A stretch of DNA of 61,664 bases, from assembly GCA_001805965.1 (NCBI GenBank), contig MHHG01000018.1:4306-65969 (forward strand), read 5' to 3'. The notes beneath the pieces are model-generated. The model saw only the letters and a program-made list of their open reading frames with translations. It ran no database searches and had not been told where the DNA came from. Below, in pieces: positions 36,622-45,477 of this stretch. Positions within the stretch are counted from its first letter, which is position 1; the number at the start of each line of letters is the position of its first letter. Made by a program: the position numbers and the translations under genes. This stretch comes from Omnitrophica WOR_2 bacterium RIFOXYA2_FULL_38_17 (GTDB taxonomy: Bacteria; Omnitrophota; Gorgyraeia; Zapsychrales; Zapsychraceae).

Positions 36622-37617
36622 GTGAGCGTTATTGCTGGAAGTTCTCTTTTTCAAGGCGTGATATTGCTGGCTGACTCTAGAGTAACTATACGCAGGCTTG
36701 GACGGAAAGATGTTTATTGTGATAATGCACAAAAATTATTTCCGTTATCTCCTAACTCTGTGCTTGGTTTTGTTGGAGATCTTAAAACTGCTGCTCCCTT
36801 AATTCGAGAGCTATTGAGGCAAATAGAGCAGAAGTATAAACAAGGCCATGCAAAAAGAGTTCATCCACTTTCATTATTACGATGGTTACCTCGTTATTTT
36901 AGATCTGCGTATAAATATTTATCTAAGAAATGGGATGTTGGGCGTGTGGATTTTATGATAGGGTCGGTTATTCCTGAAAAAAACAACGTTATTGAAAGAG
37001 TCAAAGTTGTTGAAATTATGGAAAGATTTAGACTTGGAAAACTTTCTGCACAGCGAAATTGGTTGCCTGGCATACTTATAAAAATATTAAAGATGCCTGT
37101 TGATAAGAAGTATATTGTTTTATCAGATGTGCCAGCAAATCTGCTTTATTATATGCAATCTCCCAAATTTGTGCCCAGTTTTTTAGCACCATTAGAATAT
37201 GCGGCAATAGGTTCAGGTGATAAAGTTATAATGGATATTGATAGAAATGCTGATTGGATTTTTGCGGGTGAAGTTGGTAATTCTTTTCAGGAATCTATGG
37301 CCCTGCGTGAAACAGTCAGTTCATTTATTGAAAAAAATTCTATAATTTCTGTTGGAGGGTTGTATCCTGCAATCAAAATATATAAGGATCACATAGATTA
37401 TTTATGCTATAGCATGCAAATACCTGCAGGTGGTTCCACATTCGAATTAAGTATAAATAAAGATCGACGATGGATACAAAAAAACAAGTTGACTGGTAAA
37501 GAAATTAAATTGCTATTTCCATGGGAAATAGATCCAAATGAATATCATCATGATGAAAGATTTGATGATCTTAAAGATGCATTAAGTAGAACGAAAATAC
37601 GGACTATAAAAAAGTAA
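36622..37617 (+). CDS. proteasome beta/HslV-like Ntn hydrolase homologue with a predicted Ser1 nucleophile and C-terminal extension
   Basis: GTG start after AGGGGAGAG. (M)SVIAGSS...GVILLADSRVT...DNAQKLFPL...GFVGDLKTA...AAIGSGDKV parallels TTIAG...GVVLAADTRAT...K33...G-x-aG-D...AIGSGS of proteasome beta subunits. Confidence 0.55.
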   Translation: MSVIAGSSLFQGVILLADSRVTIRRLGRKDVYCDNAQKLFPLSPNSVLGFVGDLKTAAPLIRELLRQIEQKYKQGHAKRVHPLSLLRWLPRYFRSAYKYLSKKWDVGRVDFMIGSVIPEKNNVIERVKVVEIMERFRLGKLSAQRNWLPGILIKILKMPVDKKYIVLSDVPANLLYYMQSPKFVPSFLAPLEYAAIGSGDKVIMDIDRNADWIFAGEVGNSFQESMALRETVSSFIEKNSIISVGGLYPAIKIYKDHIDYLCYSMQIPAGGSTFELSINKDRRWIQKNKLTGKEIKLLFPWEIDPNEYHHDERFDDLKDALSRTKIRTIKK

Positions 37618-37684
37618 GACCTTCCTGTGATAGGAATGGTCTTGGCGAAAGTTCTTTGTTTTATGCGATAAAGGGTTATTACTA

Positions 37685-38680
37685 ATGAAAAAAAATGATA
37701 CTGTTATGCGCAAATTATTGTTGGATTGTGTGAAAAAATGGTCTAATAACATCAGGGTTCGTTTTCCCGATTCAATAATATTCAGGCTTGTTGGGACTGA
37801 TTTTGCAGAGATTGAGATGATTATTGGCAGAAACAGAAACAATAAACCGAGTGTAACAGCTAATATGCAGAGCGATGCCTCAGCTTTTGAGGGATGGGCT
37901 TTGGTCTTGAAGGCGAGTATAGTGGAATTAAAGAAACTTACTTTGACTTGGGATGAGCCTTTGGACAAGAACGACAAACATTATCAACGATTTCTTTATC
38001 GCGTTGAGAAATTTTCTGTCATATTTCAATCATGGTTTTATGTTGGGCAGTCATATCGTAAAGCATTGAGAATAAAGCTGGGAAGCAAATATAAAGTAAA
38101 TGTTCCCATAAAAAAGCGCGATCAAAGTTATTTGAAAAGTACAGCGGATAATGAGCGAAAACTTGAACAGCAGATGATTAATGATTCTGTATGTCGGCAA
38201 TGGTTGAAGGAAAAAGTTGGTGGCTCAATGATTGGTAATCAGTTGCCTGTTGGTGTCTTTGATGGAAATGTTGCCAAGGGCAATGCGATCTTTACCGGAC
38301 AAGCCAGTGCCATTGATCTATGGGGTGTTAATGAAGAGGGGGATGAACTTAGCATTTTTGAACTCAAATTGCCAAGTAATAAGAAGGTCGGGATTGTTTC
38401 TGAGTTGTTTTTTTACTCTATGGTTATGGGAGATATTATTAATGGCCGTTTTTCATTTGAGGGTAAACGATGTATGGAAGTTGATCCTTGGCCACCAGAT
38501 TACATTAGAGTAGGAAAAATTAAAAAAATTAAAGCATTTATTTTAACGACTGCAACACATTGTTTAATAAATGATAATGTTTTAAAGATTTTGAATGATG
38601 CTTTGAGCCCCAAATTTGTATTCCTCAGGAGTGATCCAAGTGAGTGCAGTTTGCATATAAAGAATAAGGAGGCATTGTGA
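37685..38680 (+). CDS. PD-(D/E)xK nuclease-fold protein (C-terminal half), unknown N-terminal domain
   Basis: ERKLEQQ...ASAIDLWGVNEEGDELSIFELKLPSNKKVGIVSELFFY fits the E...D...ExK restriction-endonuclease-like core. Confidence 0.5.
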   Translation: MKKNDTVMRKLLLDCVKKWSNNIRVRFPDSIIFRLVGTDFAEIEMIIGRNRNNKPSVTANMQSDASAFEGWALVLKASIVELKKLTLTWDEPLDKNDKHYQRFLYRVEKFSVIFQSWFYVGQSYRKALRIKLGSKYKVNVPIKKRDQSYLKSTADNERKLEQQMINDSVCRQWLKEKVGGSMIGNQLPVGVFDGNVAKGNAIFTGQASAIDLWGVNEEGDELSIFELKLPSNKKVGIVSELFFYSMVMGDIINGRFSFEGKRCMEVDPWPPDYIRVGKIKKIKAFILTTATHCLINDNVLKILNDALSPKFVFLRSDPSECSLHIKNKEAL

Positions 38681-39978
38681 AGGTTATTATTCATCGCGGC
38701 ACAAAAGAGATCGGCGGAAGCTGTGTTGAGTTAAAGACGGATAAGACTAGGATTCTGATCGATTTTGGAATGCCATTGGTAGATGTTAACCAAGAACCAT
38801 TTGATTCAAAAAGCATCTTAGGTAAAACCATCGAAGAACTCAAAAAACTTAAAATATTGCCTGATATTAAGGGGCTTTATAAAGACGAAGAAAAAAACAT
38901 TGATGCTGTTCTTATTTCTCATGCCCATTTGGATCACTATGGATTACTTAAGTATGTTAATCCGAATATTCCGATTTATATGAGCGAGGGGGCAAAGCAA
39001 ATGATCGAGGCTTCAGATGTTTTTATTCCTAACAAAGTTGGAAAAATTAACTCACGAGTTATAGCTAAATATCAAAAGACTGCGATTGGCGATCTTGAAG
39101 TGACTCCGTATTTGGTTGATCACTCAGCGTTTGATGCTTTGGCTTTTTTGATTGAGGCTGAAGAGAAAAAGTTATTTTATTCTGGAGATTTCCGTGCGCA
39201 TGGAAGAAAAAGCGTTTTGTTTGAGAAGATAATTTCCGATCCACCGCGAAATATTGACGTTCTTTTAATGGAAGGATCAATGTTGGGGAGGGGTGAGCAG
39301 ATTTATAAGGATGAGACAGCTGTTGAAGAAGTGATAGAAGGTATTTTGAGACAAAAAAAGAATATTGCCTTTTTATTTGCCTCTTCCCAAAATATTGACC
39401 GTCTTGTTTCGGCGTATAGAGCTTGTCTTAGAACAGATTCGATATTTGTGATTGATATTTATACGGCTTTTGTCTTGAATGAAATTGGTAACATATCTAC
39501 AAGAATACCTCAATTTAGTTGGAAGAACATACGTGTTAAATATTTTAAATCCCATGCCGACAGTTTGGCAGAAACTGATCACAAAGAACTCTTATATATT
39601 TTTAATAAGAAAAAGATTGAATTAGAAGAGATATCTGAAAAAAGAAGAAAAATCCTTATGCTTATGCGGCATAATTCACTTTTTCCGGTAGTTATTAAGA
39701 AGATTGATAATATTAAGGAAGCTGTGATTATATATTCCATGTGGCAGGGGTATTTGACGCATGAGTTTGAAGAATATTGTAGGAAAAAGGAGATTGAAAT
39801 AAAACAAGTCCACACGAGCGGGCATGCAACAATTGAAGCTTTGAAAGCTTTTTCAGATGCGATAAATCCAAAGACTTTAATTCCTATTCATACTTTCAAT
39901 AAGAATGAGTATTTGTCTTTGTTTAAGAATGTTACGGTGCTTAATGATGGTGAGAGTTTTGTTTTAAGGGATAATTAG
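38677..39978 (+). CDS. metallo-beta-lactamase fold hydrolase, beta-CASP-like nuclease
   Basis: EIGGSCVELKTDKTRILIDFG; LISHAHLDHYG (HxHxDH); late VHTSGHAT motif. GTG start overlaps the upstream stop (GTGA) and follows AAGGAGG. Confidence 0.75.
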   Translation: MKVIIHRGTKEIGGSCVELKTDKTRILIDFGMPLVDVNQEPFDSKSILGKTIEELKKLKILPDIKGLYKDEEKNIDAVLISHAHLDHYGLLKYVNPNIPIYMSEGAKQMIEASDVFIPNKVGKINSRVIAKYQKTAIGDLEVTPYLVDHSAFDALAFLIEAEEKKLFYSGDFRAHGRKSVLFEKIISDPPRNIDVLLMEGSMLGRGEQIYKDETAVEEVIEGILRQKKNIAFLFASSQNIDRLVSAYRACLRTDSIFVIDIYTAFVLNEIGNISTRIPQFSWKNIRVKYFKSHADSLAETDHKELLYIFNKKKIELEEISEKRRKILMLMRHNSLFPVVIKKIDNIKEAVIIYSMWQGYLTHEFEEYCRKKEIEIKQVHTSGHATIEALKAFSDAINPKTLIPIHTFNKNEYLSLFKNVTVLNDGESFVLRDN

Positions 39979-40014
39979 CTTAATGTCAAATTAAAAGACA
40001 AGGGGAGGATTGAG

Positions 40015-40161
40015 ATGAAGAGAATGATCAAACTTTGCAAAGATTGTGGGTACAAAGAGGAAGTGAAGATTTATTCTCGGGAAGAGATTCAAAGATTGAA
40101 TCTAAGGCCAGGTAATCCTTGTTGTAAAAAGTGTGGAAGCCTAAAAGTGGAGTTAAAATGA
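40015..40161 (+). CDS. 48-aa zinc-ribbon protein (absent from the ORF track)
   Basis: ATG 40015 follows AGGGGAGGA. MKRMIKLCKDCGYKEEVKIYSREEIQRLNLRPGNPCCKKCGSLKVELK has two CxxC pairs. Its stop overlaps the next ATG (ATGA). Confidence 0.55.
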   Translation: MKRMIKLCKDCGYKEEVKIYSREEIQRLNLRPGNPCCKKCGSLKVELK

Positions 40162-41282
40162 AAGCACGTGTTTTTGTAAGTTCAATTATGGAAGGATTCT
40201 CCGAATTTAGATCTACTGCAAGAGAAGCGATTGCAAGGAGTGGTGGATTGCCCATATTGGTTGAAGATTATCCAAGTGTTTCAGTTTCTCCAAGAAATGC
40301 CTGCTTAGATGGTGTTCATAGTAGTGATTTCTTGGTTATTATTATTGGATTAAGAGGAGGATTTATAGCACCATCTGGCAAGATTGTGATTGAAGAGGAG
40401 TATGAGGAAGCTTTGCGGAAGAGAATACCAGTGTTAGTTTTTGTGCAGGAAGGTGATCGCGATGAATATGCTCAGAAATTTGTTGATAAAGTCAGCGATT
40501 ACGTAGATGGATATTTCAGAAATACTTTCTCTGATTCAGATGAATTAGGTGAGGGAATTGAGAAATCACTAAAACCGTTAACAGAAGGCTGGACAAATAT
40601 GGAATATGATACATCTGTAATTGACAATAAAATAGAAGAGTCATTTCAAATAAACAATGAAACATCGTTAAGGTTTGTGATAATGCCGACTCGTAAGGGA
40701 GAAATAGTTGATGCTGTTGATTTAGATACGGAAGATTTTAAGCGAATGATTTATGATATAGCACATAAACGTGGAATTGATTTGTTCTCTTATGAAGAAG
40801 CAAAAGAAGATCCGGATGTCGCAGTTGATCATGTTATCTATTTTCAAAAATCACAAAATAGACAAAAGGGTACTGATATTGTGCGCTTGGAGATTTCGAC
40901 CAATGGATTAATTGTTATTGATCTGAACGTGACGGGTAGGGAGAAGGAAAATTGTGTTACGTCATCTTTATTCAGTGCTGTTATACATGTAGATGCATTG
41001 GCTCTTTGTTTGAGAAAAAGTTTTGGATTTTGTTCTCAAATTTTTGAAGAAAAGGATGCTTATAAGAGATTTGATCCATTGGCATACAATGTTTGTCTTA
41101 ACGATATAGGTTATAAACAGATTGTTAATCAGTATCCCCAAGGGAGTGTGTCAATGGGGATGGGTGGAAACAATAAAGAGAAGTCATTTGATAAACCAAG
41201 AATTATTTCTAGAAGTGACCTTGCGAAACCTGACAGAGAAGTTGAGGCTGTAATTTCGATGTTAAAGAGGAGGATGAAATAA
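40158..41282 (+). CDS. DUF4062-like N-terminal domain protein with an uncharacterised C-terminal domain
   Basis: ARVFVSSIMEGFSEFRSTAREAIARSGGLPILVE...DFLVIIIGLRGG...IEEEYEEALRKRIPVLVFV matches the DUF4062 pattern. ATG 40158 is preferred over the track's GTG 40131. Confidence 0.6.
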   Translation: MKARVFVSSIMEGFSEFRSTAREAIARSGGLPILVEDYPSVSVSPRNACLDGVHSSDFLVIIIGLRGGFIAPSGKIVIEEEYEEALRKRIPVLVFVQEGDRDEYAQKFVDKVSDYVDGYFRNTFSDSDELGEGIEKSLKPLTEGWTNMEYDTSVIDNKIEESFQINNETSLRFVIMPTRKGEIVDAVDLDTEDFKRMIYDIAHKRGIDLFSYEEAKEDPDVAVDHVIYFQKSQNRQKGTDIVRLEISTNGLIVIDLNVTGREKENCVTSSLFSAVIHVDALALCLRKSFGFCSQIFEEKDAYKRFDPLAYNVCLNDIGYKQIVNQYPQGSVSMGMGGNNKEKSFDKPRIISRSDLAKPDREVEAVISMLKRRMK

Positions 41283-41356
41283 TAGGTTAAGAGATAAATA
41301 TGGAGAAATCGGGTTTTGAAAAAAATAAAGGCCTTTGTTTAAAGGAGGGATATGAA

Positions 41357-42640
41357 ATGTCTCAAAATTATTGTCCTTTGTGTAAGCAGGAAGTAACTCA
41401 AGAGCTTTATGAAAAAATAACTGGTGTTTGGCAAGAAAAAGAAAAGAAATTGGCTGATTTGAAAATAAAGGAAAAACAGTTATTGCAGCGAGAAAAGAAG
41501 ATGCAAGCAAAGTTTGAAGTTGAGAAAAAGAAGATTGTAGACCAAGAAAAATCAAAACTTAAGCAACAACTTGCTATTCAGCAAGAATCTTTTCAGAAAA
41601 TATTACTGAAAGAAAGGGAGTCAATAAAAAAAGAAAAGGAGGCTATTTTAAAGACGTTTGAGAAGAAGCTTGCAACTGAAACTAACAAGATATTAAAGCA
41701 GGAGAAGGCTAGGCAAAAAGAACTTGAAAAAACTTTAAAAGAAAAATTTGAACTTGCGGCTCAAGCATCAATGGAAAAAGAGAAGAAAAAATTGCAAAAG
41801 GACAAAAATGATTTACAAAAACGTGAAAATGTACAAATGGACAAATATAGAAAATTAAATCAACAATATGTATCGCTACAGACTAAAAGTGGGGTAGCTT
41901 TAGAAAAAGCTGATAAGAAGATAAAATTGCTTGAGGAACAAATAAAGAAAAATCAGACTCCCCAAGTTTTAGGTCTTCTTGAAGAAGGTGTTTTTCTTGA
42001 AAAGCTTCAAGAGATGTTTCCTGGAGATACATTTGAGCATCCAGGAAAAGGAGGAGATATAATTCAGCATGTTCTTGATAAAGAAAAGGAAGTGGGTGTT
42101 ATTGTTTATGAATTAAAGAAGGTATCAACGTTTAATAAAAGTCATATAATCCAAACGTTTGAGGCTAAACAGCAACGAAACGCAGATTATGGGATTCTTG
42201 TTACTAATGCAAAGCGCTCTAAAGATGACTTTGGCTTCTCTGTCTCCAAGGGAGTGATTATAATTCATCCATCAGGGGCTTTGGTATTAATAAGTATTAT
42301 CAGAGACCATATTGTTCGAATTTCAAAATTAAAATTGAGTACTGAGAAGCGAAAACAAACAATTCAAGCGGTATTAGAATATATTCAGGGGCCATCATTC
42401 CGTAATAGCATTGAAACTATTATGGAAGACACTAAAGAATTGTATGTTAGTTTGACTAAGGAAGTTAAAGATCATTTAAAGATATGGGAACTAAGAGTAA
42501 ATAAGTATAGGAATGTATATAGTGGGGCATACAGCATTGAAACAAATGTTGTTAATTTGTTGTCGGATGACACTGAAAAGAAAGCTCTGCCAAGAGTAGA
42601 GGTGATTGAGTCAATTGCTTTACCATCTAAGATTGATTAA
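41357..42640 (+). CDS. DUF2130-like protein: zinc ribbon, long coiled coil, and a C-terminal PD-(D/E)xK-like domain
   Basis: MSQNYCPLCKQ; about 200 aa of K/E-rich coiled coil; PGKGGDIIQHV...VGVIVYELKKVSTFNKSH...ADYGILVT. ATG 41357 follows AAGGAGGG. Confidence 0.6.
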   Translation: MSQNYCPLCKQEVTQELYEKITGVWQEKEKKLADLKIKEKQLLQREKKMQAKFEVEKKKIVDQEKSKLKQQLAIQQESFQKILLKERESIKKEKEAILKTFEKKLATETNKILKQEKARQKELEKTLKEKFELAAQASMEKEKKKLQKDKNDLQKRENVQMDKYRKLNQQYVSLQTKSGVALEKADKKIKLLEEQIKKNQTPQVLGLLEEGVFLEKLQEMFPGDTFEHPGKGGDIIQHVLDKEKEVGVIVYELKKVSTFNKSHIIQTFEAKQQRNADYGILVTNAKRSKDDFGFSVSKGVIIIHPSGALVLISIIRDHIVRISKLKLSTEKRKQTIQAVLEYIQGPSFRNSIETIMEDTKELYVSLTKEVKDHLKIWELRVNKYRNVYSGAYSIETNVVNLLSDDTEKKALPRVEVIESIALPSKID

Positions 42641-42929
42641 GTGTAAAGACGTAATGTTTTGCAGTAATGAAGATATTATAATTAGAGAGATAAAATTAGG
42701 GGATGTCTTTTAATTGTAGTGATCTGGGTAGTATGCATTATTGGGACTGTTTTTCCTTCTTTGGGTTTATTATTTATTATATTGGCAATTCCCTGGATTT
42801 TTAATAAGAAGTCTAATAAAGAAGCTGATGATTATTATCGCCGCAGAAGACATTATTTTAGAAAGCATCATGGTTTTTAAGATTTAATCGTTAAATTAGA
42901 AGTTTTTATATTTAAAGGGAGGTATACTC

Positions 42930-43505
42930 ATGAGAAAAATTTGGGTAATTTCACCATATGGAAAGAAATCGGAAATATATGGGCACGAAACTTATTCGAA
43001 GGATCGCAAAGATAAGGGGTTTAATGCAGTTTGGCAATATGATTTACAGAATGGCACTATAGCATTGGGGGGCAGTTTTATTGGCAACCCGGAGGGTAAG
43101 TCAGAAGATGTGATTAAAAGAGAAATAATGAATTCTCGAGGGTTTTCTTCTGTTAGTGCAGCTCACTATGCTAAAGATCATTGGAGATTTTATAATGAAA
43201 TAAAAGAAGGTGATATCGTTATAGCAAAAAAAGGTATCAGTGTTATATTGGGTTTTGGTAAGGTGGTTAAAAGGAAGAGGAAAATCAGATTTTATTCAGA
43301 AGAAAAAGGACTTGAAAGGACTGGGAATAAATACAATCCTCACTCTAATTTTTTGAATGTAGATTGGATAGGAAAAGGAATAGAATTTGATGAGCGAGTT
43401 TTTAGAATTGGCAGGTTCAAACCGTTAAACGAAATGTTAATAAAAAGTAAATATTCTAAGTATGCTCCTATAATTATGGACAGTATTAAACAATATTTTG
43501 GTTAA
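42930..43505 (+). CDS. hypothetical protein, possibly with a PUA/EVE-like beta-barrel
   Basis: RBS AGGGAGG. The pattern IWVISP...W...GTIALG...IKEGDIVIAKKG...ILGFGKV is reminiscent of EVE/PUA-like readers. This is a weak call. Confidence 0.4.
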   Translation: MRKIWVISPYGKKSEIYGHETYSKDRKDKGFNAVWQYDLQNGTIALGGSFIGNPEGKSEDVIKREIMNSRGFSSVSAAHYAKDHWRFYNEIKEGDIVIAKKGISVILGFGKVVKRKRKIRFYSEEKGLERTGNKYNPHSNFLNVDWIGKGIEFDERVFRIGRFKPLNEMLIKSKYSKYAPIIMDSIKQYFG

Positions 43506-43613
43506 TAGTAGAAAAATTGCGTATAGGATTTAGTGCTATTGTAATTGGGGTTGAACAAAATGATTATGTTAAAAAGATTTATTAACAATATAATATTTCG
43601 AAGGAGAGTGTAT

Positions 43614-43910
43614 ATGGATGTAGAACAAAGAGAAGCCAAGTATGGGGAAAAAATGATTGAGATAAAAGTGAGGTTTTGGACCGATCAGATTGCAAAAGAT
43701 AAAGGAAATATAAAGCCAAAACATTGTTGGGATGCAGGTGTAGTCAGAGTTAAGACAAACAATGTGCACGATATTAAGCCTAAACAACCAATTTTGTTTC
43801 GATCTTTAATGGATATTCCACGAGCAATTGAAGATTGTTTAATTGAGAATGGAATAACCGCGCATACAGAGAATTGTAGTAGCAAGTATATATATGTGGA
43901 TGAATTATAA
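43614..43910 (+). CDS. hypothetical protein
   Basis: ATG 43614 follows AAGGAG; 98 aa; no recognised family. Confidence 0.4.
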   Translation: MDVEQREAKYGEKMIEIKVRFWTDQIAKDKGNIKPKHCWDAGVVRVKTNNVHDIKPKQPILFRSLMDIPRAIEDCLIENGITAHTENCSSKYIYVDEL

Positions 43911-44014
43911 ATAGTTATTTTAAACAATATTGCTAATTTTCAAAAATTTGTTAAATAATTAATTTGTGGTAAAGTCCAGTATTAGAAAAATTTAATAAAA
44001 TAAACGGCAAAAAT

Positions 44015-44537
44015 ATGCAGAATAATATTTTAAAATGTTATACGGTTGGTCACTCAACTTATTCTGTTGAACAGCTAATAGCTCTAATTAAGAAGCAAAA
44101 TGTGGATACACTTGTTGATGTTAGAAGCACTCCTTATAGCTAATATATGTCTCAATTTAATCGAGAGTTCTTTAAGAAAGAATTAAATAAGGCATTCAGT
44201 ATCTCTATTTAGGGGAAGGGTTGGGTGCTAGGCATGGTGATTATACTTTATTTTTGAAAATAAAGCTGTGTCAGATTTTAGGCGTGTCCGAGAAGCAGAC
44301 GTGTTTATAGGGGATATTTTTAAATTGTTGAGAGTAATACAAAAAGGTCATGTTCTTTCATTGATGTGCGCGGAGAAAGATCCTTTTGACTGCCATAGGT
44401 TTGCTCTTGTTTCTTATGAATTGGAGAAAAACAATATTAATGTAAATCATATTTTGGAGAGTGGCTTATTAATATCAAGTAACGATATGGAAGAAAAATT
44501 GCTTATAGGCAAGAAGATTTGTTTGGGGCGATTATAA
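44015..44537 (+). pseudogene. decayed DUF488 gene
   Basis: MQNNILKCYTVGHSTYSVEQLIALIKKQNVDTLVDVRSTPYS-TAA(44141). The DUF488 segments IQYLYLGEGLGARHGDY and LMCAEKDPFDCHRFAL continue in other frames, so there is one nonsense codon and at least two frameshifts. Confidence 0.7.
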
Positions 44538-44625
44538 GGGAGAGTGCAATAGAGGGAGGAGATGTCAAAAGGAATTGGGTTATTGGGTATGAGCAAGAGG
44601 TGCGGGTAAGATATAGGGAATAAAG

Positions 44626-44820
44626 AAGATTAAATTATATACGATTGGTTTTGCAAAAAAAAACAGCTAAAGATTTCTTTTAGAAAAAAAAGAGATCAAA
44701 AAGCTAGTTGATATAAGATTAAATAGAAAATCGCAATTAGCAGGGTTTGCAAAAGAAGATGATTTGGAATATTTTCTCAAGGAAGTTACAGGTATTAACT
44801 ATTTTCCGATAAGGGATTAA
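44626..44820 (+). pseudogene. second DUF488-like fragment (no start codon, internal stop, truncated)
   Basis: KIKLYTIGFAKKNS-stop-RFLLEKKEIKKLVDIRLNRKSQLAGFAKEDDLEYFLKEV matches the N-terminal third of a DUF488 subfamily. Confidence 0.55.
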
Positions 44821-44834
44821 ATTAGCGATATTGA

Positions 44835-45266
44835 ATGAGTTTATTTGAAAAATTTTACCAAAACATACCGAGATATCCTAAAATTTCTATAATAGAAGAA
44901 AGACGGCTGATAGCTAAGGCGAAAAAAGGTTATCCAAGAGAGATTGATGAACTTGTTTTGAGGCATATTGGCTTTGTTATTTATAGAATTCATAAGAAAA
45001 CATTTCCTTCTTATATCGAGCGCTTTGGTGAAGATATTTTCTCTGAGGCTATTTTTATTTTGTACGATAAAATAAAAAATTATAATTTGCGATATAAGGA
45101 TAAGCATGGTGAGTTTAAACCTGTTCGATTTTCTTCCTACATTTGGAAGAGGATTGATGGATTTATTCTCGATTCATTAAAAGCAGAGCTCGAGAGGGAG
45201 AGTCGACACTCAACGCCGGATTGGGAAAGATATGACAGCGGAAAATGTAATGTCCAGGTCTCTTAG
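44835..45266 (+). CDS. sigma-70 family region-2-only protein (truncated sigma-like)
   Basis: EERRLIAKAKKG...DELVLRHIGFVIYRIHKK...FSEAIFILYDKIKNY...SSYIWKRIDGFILD resembles regions 2.1-2.4. No region 4 HTH is present. Confidence 0.5.
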   Translation: MSLFEKFYQNIPRYPKISIIEERRLIAKAKKGYPREIDELVLRHIGFVIYRIHKKTFPSYIERFGEDIFSEAIFILYDKIKNYNLRYKDKHGEFKPVRFSSYIWKRIDGFILDSLKAELERESRHSTPDWERYDSGKCNVQVS

Positions 45267-45477
45267 GTGGACATTGTTTAACTGTTCCAGCGATATATGT
45301 TTATGTAAATTGTTATCTTGAAAAAGTGGACAAATAGGACATAATTTTGATTAATTTTCCTTATAACATTTTCTCCACTTGAAGCAGTTATAAGGCGATT
45401 CTCTGATTGATTGAATTTCCTTATGTAGAATTATAACAGAGGAATATTATATGATTAGCTCAGGGAGAGGAAAAGGG

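Noticed and set aside
37582-37977. A 131-aa minus-strand ORF bridging the Ntn hydrolase and PD-(D/E)xK genes.
   Set aside because: It overlaps two plus-strand genes that have RBSs and recognisable motifs, and it has a low-complexity composition typical of antisense frames in AT-rich DNA.
42705-42880. A possible 55-aa single-TM ORF (IWVVCIIGTVFPSLGLLFIILAIPWIF...) in the gap after the DUF2130 gene.
   Set aside because: Only a GTG start is available, with no Shine-Dalgarno sequence. It is short and unsupported, so I did not report it as a feature.
32819-43910. An intact prophage.
   Set aside because: Only a ParB-methyltransferase and terminase-like genes look phage-derived. I could recognise no portal, major capsid, tail, holin or lysin genes in any frame.
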